A DNA stretch of 64,000 nucleotides from Callorhinchus milii (Eukaryota), in assembly GCF_018977255.1 (NCBI RefSeq), contig NW_024704743.1, positions 75,952,001-76,016,000 on the forward strand, given 5' to 3'. The notes below the pieces were generated by a model. That model made no database searches. It saw only the letters and a list, made by a program, of their open reading frames with translations, and was not told the DNA's origin. Shown one piece after another: positions 41,155 through 52,471 of this stretch (position 1 is the first letter of the stretch; each line of letters begins with the position of its first letter). A program made the translations under genes and the position numbers.

Positions 41155-41715
41155 AGGTATAATCCAGGTTTGAATACGCCAACTCACTGCTTGTTGACCT
41201 TCTCAACTCTTCCCTCCATAAACTGCAGATCTTCCAGAACTCTGCAGCTCTTGTCCCCTCAGGCTCTGTGATTCTATCACCCCATCCTCGTCCAGTTCTA
41301 CTGGCTCCCCATCCCCCAGAGGTTAGAGTTCAAAATCCTCATCCTTGCCCTCAAATCCCTCCACAGCCTTGTTCCTCCCTACCTCTGTGACCTGCTAACT
41401 CCATATGGACCTGTCTGCTCCCTCAGCTCAGCTGGCTCCAGCCCACTTCATGTCTCCCGCCTGGCCCGCCCCACTATCAGTAGTGGGGCCTTCAGCCTCT
41501 CTGCCCTCATCTTTTGGAACTTTATCCCACTGTCCTTTTGCCTCACTCCCTCCCTTGCCTCCTTCAAGGCACGTCTCAAGACCCTCGCTCTTCAACGGTG
41601 CTGTCGGTCACCCTCCTACCCCTACCTACCCTGACCTCCATCCCTCCTGATTCCAATCCCCTGCTGGGGTTGAAATCCCTAACTGTCCAGTTGCTATACA
41701 AATGTAATTTATTGT
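41155..41715 (+). mobile_element. L2 LINE 3' fragment
   Basis: Homologous to the other L2 3' ends in the window. Confidence 0.8.
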
Positions 41716-41794
41716 AATTGTCATTATAAGCCTGGAAATCATAGATAGATAGTCTCACATCATTTCACATTGTGGTTAAACTTTTAAAAAATCC

Positions 41795-42165
41795 TATAAT
41801 ACTTGCATCTGATGTCATGCCTTTCATGTCGGGTTGGGGGAGCGTCTTGAGGTGCTTCACATGATTTACTGTAAAGTGTAGTGACTGCATACTTTGTAGG
41901 TGAATGGGGCAGTTAATTTGCATACAACAATATCCCATAAACAGCCATGAATTAAATGATCATTTTTTATCTGTGGGGAATGTTGGCCAGGATTTCTCTT
42001 GTACTCGGTTTAACATCTCATCTGTAAGTTAGCACCTCTGACAATGCAGCACATCCCCAGTCCTGCATTGGAGAGTCAGCTTGGTGATTCCAAGTCCCTA
42101 TGTGGGACTTGAACCCACAACCTTCTTATTCAGAAGCGAGAATGCTACCACTGAGCCAAGCTGAC
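41795..42165 (-). mobile_element. Older Deu-type SINE
   Basis: Family match. Confidence 0.78.
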
Positions 42166-42795
42166 ACACAAAGCATTTCACAGGGACAAAGTTGGAGCTT
42201 GAGAAAGGTGGGAGAATGGGGAGGGAAGGGAGGAAATGGCTGAAAACATCGCAAAGAGATACATTTTAAATGGAATTTGATGATGGGCAGATTTGGTGAG
42301 ATAATTTGGAAAATTGAGCAAAATGAAAAGTCATATACCTGAGGCAGTCTCCAGTGGTCAAGTAGCTTTATAAAAGCATGGACTCCTATCTTCATGTCAC
42401 TTTAGAGACTAACATGACCCCTGGAACTGTAAGTAAAAGCAGTTGGAAATGGTTTTAATTGGTGATAAAATAGCAACATATGGCAGGCAAGGAATTTATA
42501 GCATAGTAGTAAATAGTCACTGTTTGTAGATGGTTACCACCAATAATGGTTTATCACCTAAACAGGATAATTCCCCTTTTAAGATACTTAGCAACTGAGC
42601 AAATTAATGGGAATTGCCTTCTCCTATCAAGAAATCCATGGCAATATGTAATGTTGCAACAAACAGCAAACATGATTACAAGGTGAAAGGTACACCATTA
42701 AATAATGGCAGCAAATGCTGGTCTTTGGAAATGACCAGCAAGTGTTGGAGTTGATTGGAAGATGAACCCAAAGACTTCTGTAATACTACAGACAT

Positions 42796-43186
42796 TAATA
42801 ATAATAATAATCATAATAATAATAACAATCCTTGCATTTGATATAGAGCCTTATCACATCTTCAAGACATCTCACAGTGCTTTGCAGAATATACTCTGGT
42901 GAATTGATTGTATATTTTGTGGACGAATCTCGGCAGCCAATTACGTACAGCAGTGTCCCATAAACAGTCGTGGATTAAGTGATCAAATTTGTTTCTTTTT
43001 TTTAAGGAATTATTTAACCCCGGAAAAGTAATCCACCAATCAACTAACAACCAGATTCCTACTTACTGCTAGGTAAACAGAGGCTTGTGGAGTAAGGAAA
43101 CTTGCCCAACTTTTTGCGTTGCCAGGAATCAAATCCAGGTGTCTCGCTTGCGAGGCGAGTGCTCTAACGACTAAGCTACAGTATTC
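42796..43186 (-). mobile_element. tRNA-derived SINE, long variant
   Basis: Family match with (ATT)n tail. Confidence 0.88.
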
Positions 43187-44619
43187 ACTATCTCATCCCT
43201 AAAATGCTTATTAATATTGACATGTAGATGAATACAGCACAAGTGCTGTTGCTTTTCTTTAAGGCACAGTGGAATCCTGCCTTGAAATACTCTTTATTCC
43301 AACATCCGCACCATGCTTACAATAAGTGACTTTGAATATAGTTCAAAGTGGGTCAATAGTGCTATGAAGTGAGAAAATGGGGTGGGAGTGAATAGACAAT
43401 TTATCCTCTCATTTGATACAGAACCTTATCACACCAAAACTTTACAATGAATTTCACAATCACAGCTGCCAATTTAGATAAAGCAATGTCCCGCAATGGG
43501 CAAGAAAATGAAAGACCAATTTTAACTAGAGGATTGCTGGTATTATTGAGAACTAAGTTAGAACTAGGTCAGACCAGATTTTAAATGCAAGGATTTCTGA
43601 TTTAGCTCCAAGTCCACCCTAGTGATTAAACTCTTTTCACTCTATGATGATAATACCGTAGTGTCAAAATATAAAGTTGTATAAAATCTGACACTCAAGT
43701 GAGCCATAACTGGAACAAATGAAACATGATGCTAATTTCTTCAAATTAATATAATATTTCTTTACTGCTTGAAATACAAGATATTTGCACAAAGCAGTAC
43801 CACATATAAACACATTCTTGGTTTTCAAAAACAGCCTTTCCTAAGTCTCGACAATGCTCCTTTGTGACAGGTATGGGATGTGCCTCTAACTCAGATTCCA
43901 TTTCCCTTTGGAAAGCGATTTATTTACTGACATTGAACTCTGAACTCCAACTCCAAAATGTTACCTGCGTGAAGCGCGCTATATAAATGAATATTGTTGT
44001 TACTTCTTCTTGATGTCCTAGCACAGAGCACAAACTGAATCTCCAGGAAACTATAGGGCCAAACCCACATCTCACTAGTTGTGGAACAATATTTATAGGA
44101 GCAGATCCAGCTGCATACACCATAAGTGACAAGTTGTCAGAGGGTTTGGAAAAAACCCTGAAACAACATAACCGTTGCATAACTACCATAAAAGGTACCC
44201 ACCACATATTCATCTTTCAGCCAGCAACACCACCACCACCAAACATTTGACAACTTATATAGTGCCTTTCACATCGGCATAATGTTTCAAAGAGCTTCAT
44301 TAAGCCAACTGGAAGCCCAGTCTAGAATACTATAGAATGCTGACAGTAAATGTGAATTGAGAATGCCTTTCATTGCTCAATGACAAACTTGATATCCACA
44401 CAGAAACGCATCACCCACGTAACATTCAATTTTGCATTTCAACATAATGAAATGAACAAACACAGTAGCAGTTTCAAGACTTGGAATGAAAAAAAAGGAC
44501 AAAGATTTTTAAAACATGGAAAAGTGATAACAGAATGGAACCATATCAAATAAAGGTAATATGGCTGCTCAAAATATGGTGGATATGGTGAATAGAGTTC
44601 AGATTTTGAACTCTATTCC

Positions 44620-44978
44620 CGCCTTCAAGGCCCTCCACGGCCTTGCTCCTTCCTACCTTGTGACCTCCTGACCCTATATCAACCTGTCCGCTCCCTCTGC
44701 TCAGCAGACTGTGACATGCTCCATGACCCCCGCCCAGCCCACCCCACCTTCGGCGGTCAAGCCTTCAGCCTTTCTGCCCCCACCCTTTGGAACTTCATCC
44801 TACATTCCCTTTGCCTCACTCCCTCCCTTGCCTGCTTCAAGGCGTGTCTCAAAACCCTCCTCTTCGACCATGCCCTTCGACCACCCTCCCCGATCCCGAC
44901 CCCCCAGCTCAGGTTTGAATCCCTGACGTCCTCCCGACGTGAAAGGCGCTATACAAATGTCATTTTGTGTTGTATTGT
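44620..44978 (+). mobile_element. L2 LINE 3' fragment
   Basis: [12 protein letters not shown] region through GACGTCCTCCCGACGTGAAAGGCGCTATACAAATG. Confidence 0.85.
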
Positions 44979-45337
44979 ACTCTTCTCTAATCTTTACACA
45001 TCACTCCTGTTTCCAATGAGTCTCCAAGTATATCCATCACAAAGTGAAGAAATGTCATTGACCACTTCATTAACTCCCCTTGAGTGCAATATACACAAAC
45101 CATTTCAGAACACAAAGTCAGCAGTGTAGTTGCGTAAAATTAGTAACTATTCTGTTTCAAATATTTTGACTCCCTCTCAGACAAAGCAGATATTGTTTGC
45201 CTTGATAAATTCCCTGAAGGACATTGTGCAATTTTTTCAGCTTGTGGTCTGTTGCTAGTGGTACTGTAACAAGCCAAACACTATAATATTATATTATATA
45301 ATATAATATTATAATATAATACACTATAATATTACTA

Positions 45338-45438
45338 CAGGGTGATCAAAAAGTCTTATTTTTCAGCTAGCCTATTATCTAAAAAAAATCATAATTTCTT
45401 TAAGACTTATTGTAACGGTATCACTTTTTGGTCATCTG
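45338..45438. mobile_element. Tc1/mariner-type MITE relic (101 bp)
   Basis: TA|CAGGGTGATCAAAAAGT ... ACTTTTTGGTCATCTG|TA: imperfect TIRs with TA on both sides. Confidence 0.6.
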
Positions 45439-47094
45439 TATAGTGACATCTAGTGTCAATGAATATGAATAGTTTTCATTCCAGCAGTCCTACTTGCTAT
45501 TAAAAAATAATCTGCACTAATTATGCTAACAATAACTTTGAATTTGAGGTGTGTTTTTCTTGACTGTTTATATAAAGGTTAACTATTTAATCTTACATTA
45601 TGAACAATTACTATCGTACATTTCATAAAATGACTATGTTTAATGGCCAACTATTAAAGTTGCATCTTATCCACATCACATATTAAAAAGCTACTATTTA
45701 ATAACTTTTGGTACATTTACATAAGAAGCCCATTCGATACACCAAGCCTTCTCCCCCACAAACAATTCCATGGCTCCCCATACCATCAGATGTCAGTCTG
45801 GCTTGGTTTGTAGAACGCTTGCCTCTGGGTCAGAAGGTTTGGGTTTCAAGCCCCGCATTGGAACTTGAGACGAGACTGATACCCAGACCTTGAGAAGGTT
45901 GAGTGTTACACTATTGCCAATCTGCAGAAGGTCTGGTCCACTTGTTCAGGCAGATAATAATAACAGCTTTTCATGTTGTCAAAATGTCTGAAAATGTCTC
46001 AAAGAATTTTTACTATAAAGTGCAGTGATTTTATTTGTGGATGAATACAGCAGCCAGTTTTCACAAAGCAATACCTCATACAAACCCTTTAGTTAAATTG
46101 GTCATCCACCTCCTGACTGTGGAACATTGCAGTTCACAAATTGGCTGTCAACAAATACACAGTTGCAATCAAACTGCATATGTAGTGCCTGAATTGTACT
46201 ATCACAACTTCAAAGATTTGTTTGGAGAAAAGCTTAGCGCAGTGTGTTGATTAGGATGTGCCTGCAGTCTTGACCATAATCTACATTAGCATTAGACATT
46301 GATGTCTCCAGTGTCATATGTTTAACCATCCTCAATGTGTAATTTTGTAGTGAATTATAGAGGCAAATGAAGTACAACAGCAAAATGCATTGCTAACAAG
46401 TGAGTTATTCATGTACTGTAGCTTAGTGCATTAAAGTTCACAATACATTAGGCATGCGTAGTAATTGAAACTTACTTTCATCCATATAAAAGCAGTTCTA
46501 TTGGAAATTAAAGGCTGCATACATTTTTGAAAATGAGATGAATTAAAGGCAGCACTAACATGCAATTTGACTTGCACGTTTTTCTTATTTTTCTTTGAAT
46601 GTATTAATTGAACACGTCAGATATTTATAAATGATAGAGTGATTATCATAACATTATCAGCTTCATTATGCAGAAGTAAGCTTACATAGGACAACCTGTG
46701 ATAGCTACTGCCAGAATTACAGCTCCCAGTGCTCTCAGTTCCACTGTCTCACCCCTCCTTATCTGTGTCATCTTTCAGTCCTTTTCTCCTGCCCCTACCC
46801 TTCACTCTATGGATTCTGATTTGTAGAGTATTTCTCACTCCTATTTGAGACTACAGATACCAATCACCTGCCCTTCAGAGGCTCTTGCAGAATTTTTCAA
46901 TTTGCTTTCTCTCCCTCTACCTTCAAAACCCTTTTTAACCAATGTTTTGGTCAACATTTGAAAATCTCCCCCACCCCTGCTTTCTTTTATATCTGAAAAA
47001 GCTCCAAGATGCTCACCCTTTGTGAAAGATGCTATACATATGCACGTTATGTTGATCCTCTAGTCCCGCACCGTCTCATGCGGCGTTTTTCAGG

Positions 47095-48180
47095 GCTGTC
47101 CTTGGTCTCCTCCTCTTCAATATCTATGTGCTCCCTCTTGGTGACATCATCTGCAGACATGGGGTCAACTTCCATATGTATCCAGATGACACCCAATTGT
47201 ACCGCTCTGCCTCTACCCTTGACTTCAGGACCACTGCTGTCCTGACAGAATATCTGTCAAACATCAAGTCCTGGATTAGAGCTAACTTTCTACAGTTGGA
47301 ACGTCAACAAGACTGAGGCTCTCCTGACAGCATTCACCATCCATTCTCGCCCAACTCCATTGACTCTCTATCCTTCAGAGGATCCAGTTCAAGATCCTGG
47401 TCCTCACCTACAAAGCCCTCCATGGTCTCGCCCCACCCTACCACTGTGACTTCTAACCCCCTACCAACTCCTTGCTTGTTGGCCTCCCCAACTCCTCCCT
47501 CCATAGGCTGCAGATCATCCAGAACTCTGCAACCCATGTCCTCTCTCGCAACAGGCTCCGTGACTCTATCACCCCCATCCTTGCCCAACTCCACTGGTCC
47601 CCTCACACAGGGGATACAGTTCAAGATCCTGGTCCTCACTTTCAAAGCCCTCCATGGTCTTGCTCCCACCTACCTCTGTGATCTCCTAACCCCCTACCAT
47701 CTTGCCCGTTCTCTCCACTCAGCAGGCTCCAGCCTGCTTCGCGTGCCCCTCCTCACTCACTCCACCGCTGACGGTTGCAAAATCAACTGTAGAAAGTTAG
47801 CTCTCATCCAGGACTTGATGTCTGAGAGATATTCTGTAACAACAAAATCACATTTGTATAGCGCCTTCCACGTCAGGGGGACGTTCCAAGGCGCTGGACA
47901 GTCAGAATTTGAGACCCGAGCTAGGGGTCGGGATCAGGGAGAGTGGAGAGTTGGGAAGCAGAGTGCTCGAAAGCACAGTCGAAGAGGAAGGTCTTGAGAT
48001 GGGCCTTGAAGGAGGCAAGGAAGGGGGCAATGCGGAGGGACTGCGGGATAGAGTTCCAGAGAGTCGGGGCAGTGGCAGATTGCCTGCCTGCCAATATTGA
48101 GGTGGTGAGGTGGGGGACGTAAAGCAGGCCAGATCCCGCTGAGCGGAGGACGGTAGGGGGTTAGGAGGTCACAGAGGTAG
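47095..48180. mobile_element. Scrambled L2 cluster (plus-strand pieces 47095-47770, minus-strand pieces 47783-48180)
   Basis: YPDD-containing RT piece, two non-colinear FKILVLT segments, an inverted RT piece and a minus-strand 3' end. Confidence 0.85.
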
Positions 48181-48242
48181 TGGTTCGACTTTATATTTTG
48201 ACAAAATAATGGAAACTGAAACATTAATTTAAAAAGAAATAT

Positions 48243-48248
48243 TTTATT
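48243..48248 (-). terminator. Candidate LSM5 polyadenylation signal AATAAA
   Basis: TTTATT on the plus strand, about 220 nt downstream of the LSM5 stop in an AT-rich 3' UTR. Confidence 0.55.
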
Positions 48249-48469
48249 CTCATCTTTCAGACAAAACATACAGTCAATCATGATTCACACCTCACTTTAG
48301 AAACTATTTTTTTCCATTCAAACATAAAAAATAAATGCAAACTTCCTGAAAATAAAAAATAAACCTTTTAAACATTTGCTTTAAAAAATGGTTGTAATAG
48401 TGAAGGTGAGAAGAAAGATTGAACCGTAGAGACTTAGAACATCATCCATTTGAAAGTCTGGGGATCCAC

Positions 48470-48502
48470 TCATACTTCGGGACCTTCACCACCAGGAATA
48501 AG
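48470..48502 (-). CDS. LSM5: LSM5 exon 5, LIPGGEGPEV-stop
   Basis: TCTTTCAG acceptor and TGA stop. The five exons total 43+96+28+73+33 = 273 nt, i.e. 90 aa plus stop. Confidence 0.96.
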   Translation of the reverse strand, partial: LIPGGEGPEV

Positions 48503-48586
48503 CTGAAAGATTTAAAGAAATTATTAATATCAGAGTATAATTACAGTAAAATGCTTTACATCCACAAACTCAAAAGGAAAAAATGT

Positions 48587-49915
48587 CAACAACAACATTA
48601 CATTTGTATAGCGCCATTCACGTCAGGAGGACTGCCAAGGCGCTGGACAGTGCACAGCACTTCAGACCCGAGCTGGGGTCAGGGGGGAGAAGGGAGGGGA
48701 GGGGAAGGGGGGTGACCAATGGCATGGTCGAAGAAGGTTTTGAGGTGGGACTTGAAGGAGGCTAAGGAGGGGTTGAAGCGGAGTGATTGGGGCATGGAAT
48801 TCCAGAGGTTGGGGGCAGAGTGGCTGAAGGCTCTTCCGCCAATGGTGGGGCGGGTGGGTCAGGGGACGTGGAGCAGGCCGGAGCCGGCTGAGCGGAGGGA
48901 ACTGGTGGGTTGGTAGGGGGTTAGGAAGTCGCAGAGGTAGGGTGGGGTGAGGCCATGGAGGGCTTTGTATGTGAGGACCAGGATCTTGAACTGGATCCTC
49001 TGAAGGATAGGGAGCCAGTAGAGTCAGGCAAGAGTGGGGGAGATGGGGTCTTGGGGAGTTTGGTGCGGGAGAGGACACGGGCTGCAGAGTTCTGGATTAT
49101 CTGCAGCCTGTGGAGGGAGGAGTTGGGATGGCCGACAAGCAGGGCGTTTGCATAGTAGAGCCTGGAGGTGATGAAGGCATGAACAAGAGTTTCAGCGGCC
49201 TGAGGGGTGAGGTAGTGGCGGAGTCGAGCAATGTTACGGAGGTGAGGGAAGGCAGAGCGGGTCATGGCTTGGATGTGGGGAAGAAGACAGTTGAAGGTCA
49301 AACAAGACACCGAGGTTCCTGACTGGCTTGGTGAATTATAGTGTGCAACCATGGAGGTTGATGTTGCCAGAGCCTGAGGTGCTGAGGCGCTGGCGCGAGC
49401 CAATCAGGAGGGCCTCAGTCTTGTTCACATTCAACTGTCGGAAGTTTGCCCTCATCCAGGACTTGATGTCCGACAGGTAGTCTGTCAGGACAGCAGTGGT
49501 CCTGGAGTTGAGGGTGGAGGCAGAAAGATAGAGTTGGGTGTCATCCGCATACATGTGGAAGTTGACCCCATGTCTGTGGATGATGTCACCAAGGGGGAGC
49601 ATGTAGATATTAAAGAGGAGAGGGCCAAGGACAGAGCCCTGGGGGACGCCATACGTGACAGTCCGAGGGCTAGAGGAGAAACCATTAGAGGCAACAAAGT
49701 GGAGACAGTGAGAGAGATAGAAATCGAACCAGGCAAGGGCAAGTCCGCAAAGATTAAGTAATGAGGTGGTGGTGTATGAGGATGGAGTGGTCGACAATGT
49801 CAAAGGCGGCAGAGAGGTCGAGGAGGACAAGGAGCAGAGGGAGCCCTGATCACAGATGTTCAGAATGTCACGTTGAGGGAGATGAAGTGGTGGTCCGAGA
49901 TGGCTTTATCGATTA
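48587..49915 (-). mobile_element. L2 LINE fragment in LSM5 intron 4 (RT C-half to 3' tail, fused to the endonuclease end)
   Basis: [17 protein letters not shown] and YADD in ORF 49336-49830, (GTT)n tail. 49872-49913 reads [14 protein letters not shown]. Confidence 0.92.
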
Positions 49916-50661
49916 TGGATGCTTTACCCAACCAAAGTCACTGTTCCTTTACAGAATGTTTTTATATATTTTCCTGGTTTTAATGAATTTGTTGTTCACA
50001 TTCCACTGGAGAAATTTCTCACATTGATCCAGCATTTCCAATCATTCTTTGGTCCTCCGAGCGTCACTGATCAATTTATTCCCGTACGCTGTCAGCACCA
50101 CTGAACAATTTCCATGTTAACCTCATGCTTTAGCTTTTTTTTTTTAACGACGCGTATCAGCGTACCTGAACATTATGCACATTTTAATGGTTATTGAACC
50201 AGACTTGAAAAGCAGATTTTCAGGCAAAGAAAATAAAACTGTTTAGAAATATGTCCCTCCTCACCCCCTCCAGATTGTCAGTGTATCCATGGTGGCAGAA
50301 AAAGGCAAGTAAAAAGATTTTCAAATGAAGATTAGACAGAGAAAAAAAAGTAATAAACTTAAGAGGAAATAGAGGAAAAAAGATGGAAAAAAGAAAATAG
50401 AGCAAGGACAGGGTGAACCTTAAACTTTGTAAAATTGTTATCATCATTTAATTTTCTTCTTTAATATGAATATTACAAAAGTAAAATAAATCTGATCTTT
50501 CAGTAGCTTTACTAATGCAAACCTCACTAAATCTGTGTAGTTCACATATTGTAATGATTTTAATCATCTTGGATGATTTTTTAAGTCCACTGCATATTGA
50601 ATCTATTAAATTAAAAAATGCTTGAACATTACAATCATTATTTCACTTCCACACTACATAC

Positions 50662-50734
50662 CATTGTTATGTTGTTTCCGTTCAATAAGATTTGATCTAG
50701 CTTTGTAATTCTTCTGCCTTCTGGTGTGATCTCA
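50662..50734 (-). CDS. LSM5: LSM5 exon 4, EITPEGRRITKLDQILLNGNNITM
   Basis: 73 nt, TTCCTTGTAG acceptor and GTATGT donor, Sm2 motif of LSm5. Confidence 0.97.
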
Positions 50735-51403
50735 CTACAAGGAAACAGGAAAACTTTTGGAATAAATTTACATCATAATTTATACAAATCTTTTTAATGT
50801 TGGGCGGATGTCTCAAAACACCAGACAATGCTGGCTGGGCGCCCGAGCTGGTAAGAGCCAATGAGCCAACAAGGGAGGGAACGATTTGGAGGGCTTCTGG
50901 TATGGAGACCCAGAGAATGGGGATAGAATAACTGAAAGCTTGCCATCAATCGTAGTGCAGATAAAACGGGGAACATGAAGTAGGCCAACGTTCGCTGAGC
51001 AAAGGGAGCAGCCAGGACGGTATGGGTGAAGAAGCTCGCAATGGTTGGATGGGGCGAGTTGTGGAACGATTTGAATTAAGTATTGAAGCAGCAATTATTT
51101 AAGGCTGAAATAGTTTATACTGCATATAAAACTTAAAACTTGCATTCATAACACTTTATCGTAGCAAAACACATCAAACCTTATTATAGTAATTACTATC
51201 AAGTGTGGTAACTGTAGATAAATGTGGAAGTAATTTGTTGCAGTCATGGGATGTTTGAAGACTTATTATCCAATAGAGATAAATACAGTCACGAACATAA
51301 GATTTAATAATTTATGCAAAATACAAGTTATGCACAAGTCAGATTATATACGACTTACACATAACTAATGCATCTGTACAATGTGCATGTCCTCATATGT
51401 TTT

Positions 51404-51852
51404 AATGAGCAATTTTATTTGGGAGATTGTTGGCCCAGACGCTGGGAGAAACTCCCTTATCATTTTGAATAGTTAGTGCCATGCAATCTTTAACAACCAC
51501 CTGAACAAGCAGTCGGGACTTCAGTTTATTCAAAGGACAACATCTTCAACAATACAGTGCTCCCTCCAGCACTTACAAAGAAGCAACACTGTAACTAAAT
51601 TAGTATTGAGTATTGAAGGCTCGTTTAATGATTGAAGGCTAAGTCAAACACACAAGTAGAAATCAGCAAACCTGTACAGTACACTAGTCTGGCAGGCAAA
51701 TAGTACTATACATGCTGCACTTTGTAATAAACTGAAGTCCCGACTGCTTGTTCAGGTGGTTGTTAAAGATTGCATGGCACTAACTATTCAAAATGATAAG
51801 GGAGTTTCTCCCAGCGTCTGGGCCAACAATCTCCCAAATAAAATTGCTCATT
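51404..51852. repeat. Perfect 127 bp inverted repeat with 195 bp spacer
   Basis: 51404-51530 is the exact reverse complement of 51726-51852. Confidence 0.95.
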
Positions 51853-52443
51853 TATTTCATGGCTGCTTGTGGAACATTGGTGTGCCCAAATGAGCAGCCA
51901 CATTCACCTAGAAATACAGTCACAATACTTCACAGTAATTCCAGTGAAGCTTTTTAAGATGTCCTCCTGACATGAATGGGGCTACATCAGATGCAATGAT
52001 TTTTTGTAACCAAATTACTGTATCTATATTCTGCTCATTTTTACCATTCGACATTCACAATTCATTTATTTCTTAGTGTCTTTCACCAATGTGTTTTCTC
52101 TTTCTATCTCCCCACAGACTGATTATTTCTCTCTGCTGTTTTTCTGGTGTAATCCTTCTTCCCCCCATCCCCCCAAAAAAACTGCCTACTATTTAGGACT
52201 ACATTCTACAGCAATTTATGATCAGAACTGTACAATTCGAGCAAACAACTTTAGTGAAGGAAAACTCATGTGCTCATCCCCCCTTGAGGCAAGTGTGATC
52301 TGTATATTTTTCTGAAAAAGCACTGAAGTCAAGTTGACTCCCCATTAAAGTTACAGCCCTAATATGAAGCTGTCTAGTATTAGATGTTACCCTACCATCT
52401 ATTAATAAACTCAAATACCTAAAGAGGCAAAGGAAATACTTAC

Positions 52444-52471
52444 AATTCTGTGACATCTTCAAGTACCATGT
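52444..52471 (-). CDS. LSM5: LSM5 exon 3, (N)MVLEDVTE(F)
   Basis: 28 nt exon between TTCTCAG and GTAAGT, in frame with exons 2 and 4. Confidence 0.95.
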
